This document shows positions 26,541-42,035 of a DNA stretch of 64,000 nucleotides, piece after piece. The position numbers and the translations under genes were made by a program. Position 1 is the stretch's first letter. Each line of letters begins with the position of its first letter. The DNA comes from Octopus vulgaris (taxonomy: Eukaryota), in contig OX597814.1 in the NCBI GenBank assembly GCA_951406725.2, positions 21,576,001-21,640,000 on the forward strand. Direction: 5' to 3'. The notes beneath the pieces are model-generated. The model ran no database searches. It saw only the letters and a program-made list of their open reading frames with translations, and was not told the origin of the DNA.

Positions 26541-27984
26541 CGTATCTTGTTGATACTGAATTTTTCCGATCTCTATTATTAAGAGAAGTGAGTTGCATTT
26601 GAGCACAACTGTATGCATATGATTTATATGAGTGCTTCCTTTCACCGTATTTTTGCATTAGATATTTTAAACGAAGTTTCAGCATTCAATAATTTTATTT
26701 TTCTTGGTGATCCGAATATAGATGTATATATGCGTGTGTAATGTAGATGTTTGCATGTTAATATATTTTCCATGTGTATGCACACACATACTTAGAGGTA
26801 TATTTTTATGAATGCATGTATGCGTATGCATTTATGTAGATAGGTACATACGCATACCTATGTTTATGTGTTTGTGTATTTGTGTGTGAGTGTGCATGAG
26901 AGTGTGTTTGTGTGGGGTGTACTAAGTAGATAAATATGTATTGGTTCATACTCATGCATGTACTATATGTGTATGCATTGTGTAGATATCTGTATATGCA
27001 TGTGTATATCTTTCTATTAGCTATCTGAATCCCTCACGTCAAAATGGGGCTAATTTCTACTCGGGAAACAAAGCTCCGTTGCTAGAATTTACATAATAGC
27101 TTTAAAAATGCCTTGCATATTCTGTTGTTCCATGCACAAATGATATTGGCAAAGCGCGTGTTAAATTACTATTTTCTTTGACGGAAAGACCCAGCTTTTA
27201 GAGCTCGTCACATAGACATTTTACAGGCATAGCAAATGCGCCAATAATTATAGTTACAAATGTGAATATATAATCCGAGTAAAGAATTTGTAGATTCCGA
27301 AGCAGTCATCTGTAAATATTTTCTTTCTCACTGATTTTGAAGAAACTGTTCATATGTGCCAGGCAGCTAACCTATATGACTGTACATGATGTTTTCCTCT
27401 TTCTGCCCCGAACAAAAGACATATACATACATACATATCAGGTGATGTAGGCACGTACGTAGGTATGTATGTATGTCTGCTTTTATGTATGTAATCATGT
27501 ATAGATTGTATATGATGAAGAATATATTGACTATTTCACGTGAAATGAATGTGTTGTTTAAATAACCCCCATAATAAGATTTCAAAATTATACATTCAGC
27601 AAGGAATTCCCAATACAATGGTAACTTTTATGTCAATTGTATCGTAAGCTTTTGCTGGCAGATTCTAATCTGACTTTTTACCAATTCTTACTTTCGGATA
27701 TATTCACAACTCTCTCTTTCACCTTGACTTCTATCTGACTATAATGAAAATCAATAACACTCGCTGTGATCAAGCACCATGTTTTTATTTCCATTTATTC
27801 TGGAAAGTGGTACGTGGTTGTTAAGGAAATACTGTTTGCTTGCACGAGAGAAGCAGAATCACAGAAATAAGCTGATATATTACATTTTTAAAATATAGTA
27901 TTACAACTAGTATTAGTACTGCAGCTACTACTATTACTACTTATGCTACACCAATTATTACTACAACTGCTGTTGCAGCTATTT

Positions 27985-29640
<1,656 letters not shown>

Positions 29641-29833
29641 AGATAATAATAATAACGACAACAACAAGTCGATGCATGCAACATTAAATCAAAATAGTCA
29701 TGCAAGTATCATACTTAATGCATGCAACACTTTTTATAGGCAAACTGCTAACAAATATATAAAAAATTTACAAACTAAAACGAATATTTATTGAAATGCA
29801 GCGTTACAAAATGATGATGCACAAAAATATTAT

Positions 29834-29911
<78 letters not shown>

Positions 29912-30642
29912 GGCTATAGTAGTAGTAGTAGTAGTAGTTTCTTTATTAACCACTGTTTCACAAAAAGGTCGTGGCCGGTAAAGGACGATACAATGTGGGG
30001 TTGCATAAAGTCGTGTAAGCAGTAAGAAAAATAAACAAGTAAAATATATTCAAACATAAAATAATTCCCCAAAAGGGAATAATTTCTGAGAGCTACCCGG
30101 GAAAACCCCACAAAACCGCGATTATCCTGTCCACTAGAGCAACTGCCCTCTCCCTATATCCCTACTTCAATCTATAGACGCATAGTCAGAGCAGCTACTC
30201 ATTTATTCTGGTCATTTTTGCTACCCTTCAACAAATTTGGTATGAGACAGCACTTCTCTCTTTACCCCTACTTTCATTTCCGAGAGAAATTTGAAATAGT
30301 TGAAGGGACCTTGGCTGGAGTAAGATGTCTGTCTTCACTGCTTTCAGTCAGTCCACTACACAGCCTCTTTCACAAAAGCTATCAAACAAATAAAAACTGT
30401 GTGTCCTTCCCAGAATGTGGCGGGACGATTTTCATAGTGAACTCAGCGGAGAGCCGGATCGGTACCACATACGACAGCAGGTATTCGGCATAACCTCCCA
30501 AATCAGCAATGCACGAGCGCTGACAAAGCGCATGCAGAACAGTGTCACTGTTCTGTGCACATCTCAAACTGGCCTGGCTGACGACACTTCTGAACTTGTG
30601 GAGTTGATCCTAAACCACTCAGCAAATGTACTGGATGGCTGC

Positions 30643-30678
<36 letters not shown>

Positions 30679-30782
30679 ATTCTGCCTTCTCTATAACTGG
30701 AACACGAAAAAGTCGATGAAGCCTTGGCCGAAGGGAAAAGCATCTGTCCTCGTTCATTTGAGACGAATCTCACAAACACATG

Positions 30783-30816
<34 letters not shown>

Positions 30817-32117
30817 AACGCACACACACACACACACACACACAAATACACACACACACACACACACATTCACACTCACAAACGTTTTCATCAAAGCTAT
30901 CACAAGAAAGAGGAAGACTGTATTAACTCCCTACACGAAAGAAAGTGGCATGCGATCTTCATGATGAACTCGTCCGATAACTTAATCGATCATACACGTG
31001 ACAACAGCTTTTCAACAGAACTCCGCAAGTCAGCAATAGCTGGACATTAAACAAGAACATGGTGAGCGGTTTCGTCGCTGTACAGGTATTTCCATTGAAA
31101 TCACTTCCAGTTAAACTTCACGGGTTCTGGTTTGATCCAGTTATTCTGATGGAATGAAACTAGGATGACGTTACGAATCTTACCGAGAAATGTTCCGCTA
31201 GAATACTATCGATAAAATAAAGTGCCGGTCAAGCACTGGAATTGATGAGTTGTAGAGTCGAAGAAGCCCTTTCCAGAAAACTTCTGGCTTTGTGCCTAAA
31301 TCGGAAACAATTATTATATTTAAAGGGTGAATTGCCCGAAGAGTTTGTACCGTCGGACAAAATACCCTGCAGTATTTGTTCTAACTCTTTACGTTTTGAG
31401 TTCAAGTCAGATCGAAGTCAGACTTACCTTTCATCCTTTCAGGAAAAAGAAAATATAGTACCAATCAAGAATCGGAGTCGATGAAACCGACTAACCCCTC
31501 TCCTGAAAATTGCTGGTCTTGTATCTAAATTAAAATTAATATACGTGCAAAATACCCATGATCACACTGTCCACCGTGTTCTTTTCTAAAACGGTTGAGG
31601 ATGTTTGAAGATTCGGTTGTTGTTTTTAGCAAGTCAGAGCCGATGATGTAGGAGCCTCTTCATTGGCTCGTTGTTATGGTTGAAGCAGGTGAAAAAGGTG
31701 GGGAGGTGGGGTGATGATGGGATAGTGATGGTGGGGTGATGAAGTGGTGATGGTAGTAGTGGTGGTAATGTGGTGGTTGTGGTGTATGTTTAAATGCTGC
31801 TGTTGTTTAGCTCAAGGGTAGCCTCGATTGAAAATAACAAAATTCATAAAATTCTAACCGTGACCATCGTGTCTTGTTCAATACACCTTTCCATATTTTC
31901 TTTTTTTTTTGAAAACATTTGAATGATGCATGAAGGAGATTTGGCTGCTATTTATACTAAGTCGAACCACCACATAAAGATGCTAGTGTGTTAGTTGTGG
32001 TAGCTCCCTCGATAGATAGCTAGTTAAACTCTCTCTCTCTCTGTAGATAAAGTCTGTGGCCAGCCATTCCATTTGTCCTTGAGTTGAAAATAGGTATTTG
32101 ATGCCCTTGAGCGTAAA

Positions 32118-32302
<185 letters not shown>

Positions 32303-34229
32303 CGACTGAATTTATTGATTTTATTTCATTCTAGTGATGAATAAACTGGAACTGAATGATACATTTGTATTCGCTATTTACTTAACGTAAAGCCAACGCG
32401 AAATAAAAATAATAGCAAGCTTCATTAGAATCCTCATTTACGTTAACAACAAAAATTTTAAATATATAAAATCATTTCTAGCTGAAGGATTTATTTTATA
32501 CTTTAATCTTTTCTTGGTTTTATTTATTTATTCATTTTGTTTTATTCCATTTCATCTTGTTTAAAAAATTCTGAATGTTTCCTTGTCTATTTATAAATTA
32601 TTTCAAACTTTTTTTTTTATAATAATACAAGAGTAATTTAAAAGAAATCGATCTGTGTTTTGCTTCCCTAGTGACATATTTTTTTCTTCCAATATTTAAT
32701 ATATAAATGTAATGTTTTTATAGTTCGATTTTAATGTTACTTTCTCACATTATTACTCTAACTCATTTTTTCCCCTGTCTTTGACTCTTTCTTTCTGTTT
32801 TTGATATAGCAGCAGTTCAAGAATTCCTCAGAGAATAACTGTACAACACGTACAGAGAAACTGGGATAGACAGACAATTAAAATTCCAGGAAGGACGTGA
32901 GAGAGAGAGAGAGAGGACGCCACACTATCGGCATTTCATCGCAAACGAAAAGCACAAACTTGACAATAACGACTAAAACATAACCAGCAGACCGGAGAGT
33001 TTCTTCATAGTCGCTAAACCTGCTAGAAATAGGAGTCAAATCTCCTACAAATCACGTACCTTACCGTTTTTTGTTAAGAAAAAAAGCACACAAGTTGTCT
33101 AAATTAACAATAAAACAATCACTATGGATTTGCCCCTGATCATAGAAACAGGACTGGCCTTGGGCTAAGCAGCAACAACAAATAATATAACAAGTCGACA
33201 ACAAAGAATCTACGTAGTCTCTTGAAGCACTAGAAATAACAGCCAAAATACAACAAAATTACACAGTCTGCTCTCATAAAAAGTGAAGAAGCATTCGGTA
33301 ATGCTTTCTTTGTGATATACAAAAGGACGGAATGGTCACGGGTGGGGCACTTTTTATCATAGGTTTAGTTGAATTGAGGCAGACCCAGGGTTACTCGACA
33401 ACAACAGCAACAACATGAATAATTATACATCGAGAACAACAACATTATGCTGTGACTGTCTAAATATAGAAAAGTGAGAAGAATTCAGTTAAATGTGACA
33501 CAGTTGTTAGATACGTCATATCTTATAGCACCAATCGATATTTTAGCAGGAACAATAGAAGCTAAAAGTACACGAATCTACGCACACATACATACATTAC
33601 ATAAATGCATGCATACACGCAAACATATATGCATGCATACATGCATTCATACACAGATGCATACGCACAACCAAAAAGTATTTTGTTTAAATGAGCAAAA
33701 AAGATGTGTCCTTTTGCTTATCTATGCATATGTATGCACATGCGCGTGTGCGCGCAAGTAGTCTCTGCACCGTATGAGCGAACCCAGAATCACGTAGATG
33801 GGAACCGAACTTCCTTGCTATAGAACCATGTATGTATGTACGTGTGCATGTATGTATGTATCTATGTATGCATGTATGTGGGTTTGTGTGTGTATTTATG
33901 TGCATGTGTGTATGTATGCATATATGAATGCATATATGTATGCATGTATGTATGACTATATGCATTTGTGTATGTATGTATGTATGCATGTATGTATGTA
34001 TGTATGCACGTTTGTGTGCATGCATGTATTCATGTATGTATGCATGTATGTATGCATGTATGTATGTATGACTATATGCATATATGTGTGTATGACTATA
34101 TGCATTTGTGTCTGTCTGTCTGTCTGTCTGTCTGTCCGTATGTATGTATGTATGTATGTATGTATGTATGTATACTGACAGTTGCGTGTATGTGTGTCAC
34201 TCGGAGTATGATATTCAAAAAATAACTGT

Positions 34230-35270
34230 CTCCTCTTCTACAAAGTTTCTGACGAATCTTGACTTAGAGTAAGCTGAAGAAAATTTAGGTAATTTGACAG
34301 GAAAGACCTACGTGGAAAGAAATATACTCTTTTCAAGGGACCATGCACTAGATTCTGTTGCGTACCTTCACAACTGTGTCTCCGAAAGTTTCTTGAGGAT
34401 TGAAAAGTCTGAGAATTGAGTTTGAGACGCTGGTAATTTAGTCAACCTGGGACACAAAACAGTCCACTATACTTGCCTCATCACATCCTTGGTATATTCA
34501 TCTGGAGCATGGACTGATCTCGAACACATACCCGAGAGATTTCACCAGATATTTTTAAGGCATTAGAAACTTCTTAAACTTGACATGGAAACGCTAGGGA
34601 AAACGGGCAGTCTCAGAATGAAAAGTCACCTCATGAAGTACCATATGCGATGGGTGGGTCAGGTCATCCGCCTAAATGAGCATAGGCTTCATAACTGATT
34701 AATTTAAAAGCAATTAGTTCTCGGTAAGCGTTCCAATCACAAACCAAACACGAGATTTTGTGGCATCACATAAACAGCCTTAACTCTTTGAACATCAACA
34801 CTCTTCATTAGGAACATTTTGCACTAAACTGATCTGAAAAGCGGTCTATAATTAAAGATAATTAAGGATAATAATCTTCAAATTGATACAGTTGATTTAC
34901 TCATCACATAGTGAAGCGTAATGCCCAAAAACTGCAAGATTTTGAAATTCTGCGTGGTAGAGAGTTCATACGTAATCTCACCTACGCAGTCTCGGTGATC
35001 GCATCACCTTTTCAAATAACAGACTTGTCATCTATGAGAGATTATCTGTCAGAAGGTCAACACAGCGTGCTTGCATATGCATAGCATACAGCTCCAACTG
35101 TACCAACGTTGCTCATGTAATAGCAGGGATTGGAAGTCCACTTTCGACAGATGCACAGGCGCGGAGCTGTTGTAGGTGTGTTTCATGACAATATTATAAG
35201 CTTTATTTGTCAGAAAAGAAAGCTTAAAGCAAAATCAGGACTAGACAGTCACCTGAAGGTTGATAGTAGT
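34230..35270 (+). mobile_element. degraded RTE-like LINE C-terminal region
   Basis: Remnants MRWVGQVIRLNEHRL...LVLGKRSNHKP.TRF and a terminal C2H2-like FICQKRKLKAKSGLDSHLK. Confidence 0.6.
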
Positions 35271-35385
35271 AGAAATGCTATCCAACCTGTTATAAGCATA
35301 TGTCAGAATATGTCAGTAACGAGAGAGTGGCCATGCACGACAGTGTGTTCACGATATGCACATACGATCACATATATACATATAC

Positions 35386-35471
<86 letters not shown>

Positions 35472-35517
35472 ACACACACACAAACAGACCCCACTTTTAC
35501 GCATACAGACGTGTGTG

Positions 35518-35572
<55 letters not shown>

Positions 35573-35914
35573 TCACAGATAACTCACAAAACATATGCGC
35601 AAACACATGGGTGTGTAACTAAATTTCTGCGTGAATGGGCGTCTACGGATATCAGCGTGTGCATGTGTGAATCTGTGTGTGTGTGTGTGTGTGTGTGTTT
35701 GCGCGCTTTTGTGTATGTGTGTGTGTGCATGTGTGTGGTGCGATATTTTCCTTTTAAGTGTGTTGTATACAGCAGAATGTGCATCCACCAGAAAAAAACA
35801 GCGTGAAACATGCGTTGAGATTTAAAAGTAGAATTACTAAATATAAATATAATCACTAAACACACATGCGTAAATATCCATGCTTGCTTGTGAATATGTA
35901 TACACTTGCGAGCT

Positions 35915-35959
<45 letters not shown>

Positions 35960-35993
35960 ATTTGTGTATGTACGTAGATAAGTACGTAGGTAT

Positions 35994-36061
<68 letters not shown>

Positions 36062-36066
<5 letters not shown>

Positions 36067-36386
36067 CACCGTGGAAGGTGTTTATAAACCATTTAAAAAA
36101 AAGACACAAAAGCCGCTAGATTTACTTCAACATTTAAATTTAATTTGTCGAATTGTTTTCGTCTCTTTGAAACCGCGACCTGTTCACGGAATTTTGTCAG
36201 TGAACAGGTCGGGGTTTCAAAGCGACGAAAATATTTTGACAAATGAAATTTAAATGTTGAAGTGAATCTAACGGTTTTTGTGTGTGTTTTTAAATGGCTT
36301 ATAAACACCTTCCACGCTGAAATTGTTTTTGTTTCAACACACGATCTCAGATCAGGTCACTTGCTATGCAAGTACATCGCTGTAAT
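36062..36386. mobile_element. hairpin element (arms 36062-36187 and 36200-36324) plus a ~60-nt unpaired 3' tail, in (TA)n
   Basis: Imperfect inverted repeat directly visible; contains the HHR-like motif below. Confidence 0.85.
36193..36243 (+). ncRNA. hammerhead-like ribozyme with G3:C8 swapped core
   Basis: UUUGUCA-GUGAACA-g-GUCG(11 nt)CGAC-GAAA-AUAU-UU-UGACAAA: perfect 7-bp stem I, 4-bp stem II, palindromic stem III. Confidence 0.65.
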
Positions 36387-36396
36387 ATATATCTTT

Positions 36397-36764
36397 AGGC
36401 GCAGGAGTGGCTGTGTGGTAAGAAGCTTGCCCTCAACCACATGGTTCCAGGTTCTGTCCCACTGTATGGCACCTAGGGCAAATGTCTTCTACGTTAGCTT
36501 CCGACCGACCAAAGCCTTGTAAGTGGATTCGGAAGACAGAAACTAAAAGAAGCCCGTCGTATATGTGGGTGTGTGTGTATTTGTGTGTCTGTTGGAGTGT
36601 TTGCGTTCCCATAACTTAGCGGTTCGGCAATGGGGTTCCGATACAATAAATACTAGGCTTACAAAAAATAAGTCCTGGGGTCGATTTGTTCGACAAAAGG
36701 CGGCGCTCCAGCACGGCCACAATCACATGACTGAAACAAATAAAAGAATGAAAGAATAAAAGAA
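36397..36764 (+). mobile_element. SINE family A copy
   Basis: Homologous to 862-1316. Confidence 0.85.
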
Positions 36765-36884
36765 AATACAGAGAGAGACATACAGACAGACTGACAGGCA
36801 GACAGGCAAACAAACATCTCATTCTAAACTCTTCGAACGCAAGATGTATTGAGAACTTTACGTTTCTGCACCACAGAATAAACA

Positions 36885-36943
<59 letters not shown>

Positions 36944-37068
36944 TATATATATAATATATATATATAGATATATATAAATATATATGTATATATATATATA
37001 TATATATATACATATATATGTATACATATCTGTATGCATATATGTAAATATATGTGTATATATATATG

Positions 37069-37111
<43 letters not shown>

Positions 37112-37560
37112 CACATATATATATATGCACATATATATATATGCACATATATATATATATATAGGCGAGCACTCAAGTATTTTTACATGGTCTGTGTTAG
37201 ATGGAAGTCTGTTTAGATATAAATAAATATAACATCAACATCGTTCTTGTTGCGACTATCTGATCGGTTAAGTAAGTTCCTGCTACACTGGCTGCTTTTA
37301 CGTAGCATTGTGTAACAACAGTCAACAACACTTAGAGGTATGTAACACCTGAAAGATGATAGCAGCATGAATAAATATATTATTACACTGCATGATAAGA
37401 TAAGATGCGTCTGTTGACTTTCTGTCTTCCTTCTTCTCTGTTTTCCTCTTCCGGAAGGAAATTTCTGGAAGGAATATATTTCAGTATTACATTTTTGTTA
37501 GGCGGCTTCTTTTACTGTTCTTTTTTCTTATGCTGTTTCTGAATTATTGTTCGTAATGTA

Positions 37561-37631
<71 letters not shown>

Positions 37632-37699
37632 GGGAGGGGGGAAGGAGTGGGGCTTGGTATTGTTTTTACTTGCGTTAATTTGTTTGCCTCTTCCCTTCC

Positions 37700-37764
<65 letters not shown>

Positions 37765-37963
37765 CATATATAAAGAGAGTTATATATATGCTCATATGTT
37801 TGTACATATATATAATTATACACTTACATACAAATATACATATACATGTATATAATTATATATACGCACACACACACTCAGGCACGCACGCAACACACAT
37901 CCAACACGTGTTTTGTGTACTCGTTTGAACTATGGCCTTACCAACTCTATACTTCATACTCTC

Positions 37964-37995
<32 letters not shown>

Positions 37996-38368
37996 TGTAT
38001 GTATGTATGTATGTATGTATGTATGTATGTATGTATGTATGAATGCCTGCAAATATACACGTAATTATGTATTTATTTTACATACACACATCTCAATGAA
38101 GCATAATTGAATCTACTGTTATTGTGATTCTGTAAAACCTAATACATATTTATATTCTGATATATATATACTACAATACATTGAATACATTTATACACTA
38201 CAATACATTGAAGCATAGGGTACCATTGTATCTCGCATATGATGTGTTCATATTTAAGATAGCGTGCATCCACTCATAGAATACACATGCACGCACAGGC
38301 ACACACACACGTAAACATTCATACATATACATAATATATTTATCTACATGTGTGTATATATTTTACGT

Positions 38369-38407
<39 letters not shown>

Positions 38408-38527
38408 CATATATATAATAGGAATACTAGTAGTAGTAGTAGTAGTGGTAATGGTGATAATAATAATAGGAAGGCTGATGTTGGAAACAGTAACGATAAT
38501 GAAGATAATCCTAGAGAGACCATTGAC

Positions 38528-40930
38528 ATGTATACCCATCCCTTTGACACTCAATTCTTCAACGTATGCGACAAAACTTACTGCATGAACCGAATTTATC
38601 CAACAACATTACCCTTCAACAAAAGGGTATACATCCCAAGACGTACTAATGACCACATGGAAGCACAGTTCACTATAGCTAGGACCAAACTTAGACAGAT
38701 TTTAGGTTTATACATTAAGAGACAGAGACAGAATAAGACAGATGCCCAACAACTAGGGATTAAACCTGCATGTGGCCTACAGAAGCTCATTCAGCGCACG
38801 AGGAACGGAGAGGTGATATGCCTTCCCACGGATAAGTCAGGCAGGATGTCAATAGACAGCTTACCGAACTACATCCAGGCAATGCAACCTCATATCGCCA
38901 ATACAAAAGTAACAACTGTACAGGCGCATGAGGAGAGAGAAAAGGTCCTCAATGCCCACATGATGATGTGGACAATTGTTCTGGGACCTCAGAAACGTAC
39001 TGCAAAGAATTTCCAAGCCTGGAACAATGATATCCCGGCACTGTATGGACTTCGCAAGGACCATAAAGGTTTTACTGACCCTATAGCAGGACCACCAACA
39101 AGACCAGTCTGTGGAGCGAATATCGCTAGCAATTACAGAATCTCCTACTTCCTCTCAATGATCATACGCCCTATAATCAGGATGTCACCTGATGTATGTG
39201 ACAGCACAGAAGATCTCCTAAGCAGGATCAGTGACTGTAACAAAACTTGTGACTTGACAGGATGTATAGTAGGTAGCATGGATGTGGTATCCCTATACCC
39301 ATCGATTGACGTAGATTTTGCAGTGGAGAAGTGCGTGGAGATGATCAACGAGAGCCAGGTGGAGTTCTGTAATGTCGACACAGAAGAACTGGGCCTCCTA
39401 CTTAGACTGACATATAATAGTGAATACTTAGATAAACATAATCTTAGTAGTTTCTGCCCCAGTAGATGTTTAAGAGGTAGACCGCCTACAATTACTTCTA
39501 TGACTAGGAAGACACATATAGAAAGATGGCGCGGATGGACCAGAGCCATACGGAGCCCCGCAAATGTCCATCAGGTAAAGAAAATGATCGCACATGCACT
39601 ACGAGCTAGTATAAGAGTTACCCTAAAAGGCCACACATTTAAATTTAATAATAAAATATATGCCCAGGACGAGGGGGCAGCCATCGGTGTTAGTATCGCT
39701 GGTGATGTGGCCAACCTCTTCATGGTATGGTGGGACAGAAGGCTTAAAGAATGCCTACTGCAGAAATCCATACTCGTAAACATGTACTCTCGCTATGTTG
39801 ATGATATCAATATAGTAGTAAAGGCACCCCCACAAGAGAGTACGGTTGATATAGTAATAGAAACTAATACTATGGAGAGCATCCAGCAAATAGCTAACTC
39901 CATCCACCAGAGTATTAAGGTCACAATAGACTACCCCACTAAACACCCCAACCATAGACTACCAGTACTAGACACTGAACTCTGGCTAGAAATTGTGAAA
40001 AATAAAACCCAAATCCTTCATTCATACTATGCAAAACCTATGGCCTCAAAATACCTGATCCACCGGAACTCAGCCATTGCGGGCAATGCCAAATTCAATA
40101 TTTTGATGGCAGACCTCGTCAGAATAATGAGAAATGTGTCACGCATGTGCGAGCCTACAGAATTAAAGAGACACATACAGTATTTCATTCACCGCATGCA
40201 GTTCTCAGGTTACAGCCATAAAGAAAGGATCAGAGTATACAAAGGAGCCATGAAGAAATTTGATAATATATTATGTAATGATAGGAATGGGATTTGCCCA
40301 CTCTATAGGAACAAGTCATGGAACACTATAGAAAGGACAAAAAAGAAAATAAGGAAGGCCAACTCTTGGTATGATAGCCATAAATACCAGAGTGTCATGT
40401 TCGTTGACACCACCCCTGGAGGTGAACTAGCGTACCGCTTTAGAAGGACCCTAGATAAACTTAAACTAAGAATTAAGGTTGTTGAAAAGCCAGGCAACCC
40501 TATCAGATCTATAATTGGTAGAACCTATCCTTTTAGTAGAACTCTCTGTACGGATAACTATTGCACTGTATGTAGATTTAGCCCACAAACGAACTGTAAA
40601 GCCAGAAATGTGGTCTATAGTATAAGATGTATAGAGGGACGATGCAGTAACAAGACAGTAACATACGTAGGGGAAACTGCAAGAAGCATTGGTGAGCGGG
40701 TGAATGAACATTGGAGACAACTCAAGGAAGGTAAAAGCTCATCGATTCTGTACCAACACGCCGAACAAGAACACGGGGGATCAATCAATAACATAGAGAT
40801 TAAGATATTGTCCACACATAGAACAGATGCAACAATTAGACAAATTACAGAAGCTACACATATAATAGAAAATAAACCTAGCCTGAATAGAAAACTAGAA
40901 TGGAGCAATAGCGCACACCACAACATATGA
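38528..40930 (+). CDS. PLE polyprotein: reverse transcriptase + Cys-rich linker + GIY-YIG endonuclease (800 aa from the first ATG inside the element; frame open from 38348)
   Basis: [63 protein letters not shown]...C...[22 protein letters not shown] and terminal LN. Confidence 0.95.
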   Translation: MYTHPFDTQFFNVCDKTYCMNRIYPTTLPFNKRVYIPRRTNDHMEAQFTIARTKLRQILGLYIKRQRQNKTDAQQLGIKPACGLQKLIQRTRNGEVICLPTDKSGRMSIDSLPNYIQAMQPHIANTKVTTVQAHEEREKVLNAHMMMWTIVLGPQKRTAKNFQAWNNDIPALYGLRKDHKGFTDPIAGPPTRPVCGANIASNYRISYFLSMIIRPIIRMSPDVCDSTEDLLSRISDCNKTCDLTGCIVGSMDVVSLYPSIDVDFAVEKCVEMINESQVEFCNVDTEELGLLLRLTYNSEYLDKHNLSSFCPSRCLRGRPPTITSMTRKTHIERWRGWTRAIRSPANVHQVKKMIAHALRASIRVTLKGHTFKFNNKIYAQDEGAAIGVSIAGDVANLFMVWWDRRLKECLLQKSILVNMYSRYVDDINIVVKAPPQESTVDIVIETNTMESIQQIANSIHQSIKVTIDYPTKHPNHRLPVLDTELWLEIVKNKTQILHSYYAKPMASKYLIHRNSAIAGNAKFNILMADLVRIMRNVSRMCEPTELKRHIQYFIHRMQFSGYSHKERIRVYKGAMKKFDNILCNDRNGICPLYRNKSWNTIERTKKKIRKANSWYDSHKYQSVMFVDTTPGGELAYRFRRTLDKLKLRIKVVEKPGNPIRSIIGRTYPFSRTLCTDNYCTVCRFSPQTNCKARNVVYSIRCIEGRCSNKTVTYVGETARSIGERVNEHWRQLKEGKSSSILYQHAEQEHGGSINNIEIKILSTHRTDATIRQITEATHIIENKPSLNRKLEWSNSAHHNI

Positions 40931-41449
40931 CAATAGTGGATCCTGCAAACATAATAAATACACAGGTAATTAAAGAAATAGAAATGAATATCTATGTGTA
41001 TGTATATGTGTATATATATGTATATGTATATGTGTATATATGTGTGTATATATGTATATATATATATGTATATGTATGTGTATGTATATATATATATATA
41101 TGTATATGTATATTCTTTTTTTTTTTTTTTTTTTTTTCTCGATTAGATTTATTATTATTATTACTAATATTGTTGTTATACATACATACAAGCATATGTA
41201 ATGATAATAATGGGTGGATGTAAACACATGAACAAAATTAGAACAAAAGCAACAACAACAAAAACAAAATACAAATTACAAGAATGTATATAACCAGAAG
41301 ATACAAATATTACAGACATCCCCCCCACACACTAAATAAACATAGACGCACATAGAGATATAAGCATGCGCAAATGAAGACATACAATAGAAATACAAAA
41401 TGGCTGACGGTTAGTAAGGAGAGACACAAGTAAGTGAGAAGAAAACAAA

Positions 41450-41495
41450 GGACCACTGATGCGGTCACAGGAGTGTGACGAAAGAACTTTGGCCG
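41450..41495 (+). ncRNA. degenerate hammerhead-like motif in the PLE 3' pLTR
   Basis: GGACCA-CUGAUGC-g-GUCACA(ggag)UGUGAC-GAAA-GAAC-UU-UGGCC: A9C change and an extra G. Confidence 0.6.
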
Positions 41496-41711
41496 AAATA
41501 AGATTAAGATTAATGTAAAAAATAAATATCACTGAAGCAAAATAACACCAAATATATAGTGCGTGTGTTTTTATTGGCTAAACTGGCAATATGACCATTC
41601 CGAAATATAACAATATCTGTTTCAACACACGACTTCACATAAAAAATCTTGCACAACAAATATTTAAACGTATATATATATATATATATATATTTAAGTA
41701 TGTATAGATAT

Positions 41712-41781
<70 letters not shown>

Positions 41782-41782
41782 T

Positions 41783-41854
<72 letters not shown>

Positions 41855-42035
41855 TAGATATATGTATGGATGTATATATGTATCTATTTATATGCACAAA
41901 GATACACACATGTACATTTGCAAGATTTCACAAATTTTCGTTAATGCTTTTAACATAGAATGTTAAAAACATTTGCTGTAAGCATATAAGAACGCAAGTA
42001 TATAAATACTTGTTTCCTGATTTCTGTTGATACAA

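Larger units (their letters stand above)
38418..41670 (+). mobile_element. Penelope-like retroelement (endonuclease-containing), probably 5'-truncated, in TA/CA microsatellite
   Basis: RT + GIY-YIG ORF followed by a 3' region with an HHR-like motif, ending at (TA)n. No upstream pLTR copy seen. Confidence 0.88.

Noticed and set aside
38348-38527. N-terminal 60 aa of the 860-aa ORF
   Set aside because: The ATG and first ~23 codons lie in flanking CA/TA microsatellite and are in frame by chance. The true start is unknown and the element is probably truncated.
40925-40990. Selenoprotein/SECIS as reported for some Naiad PLEs
   Set aside because: No in-frame TGA inside the ORF, the terminal TGA follows the usual PLE end motif, and I see no convincing SECIS helix.
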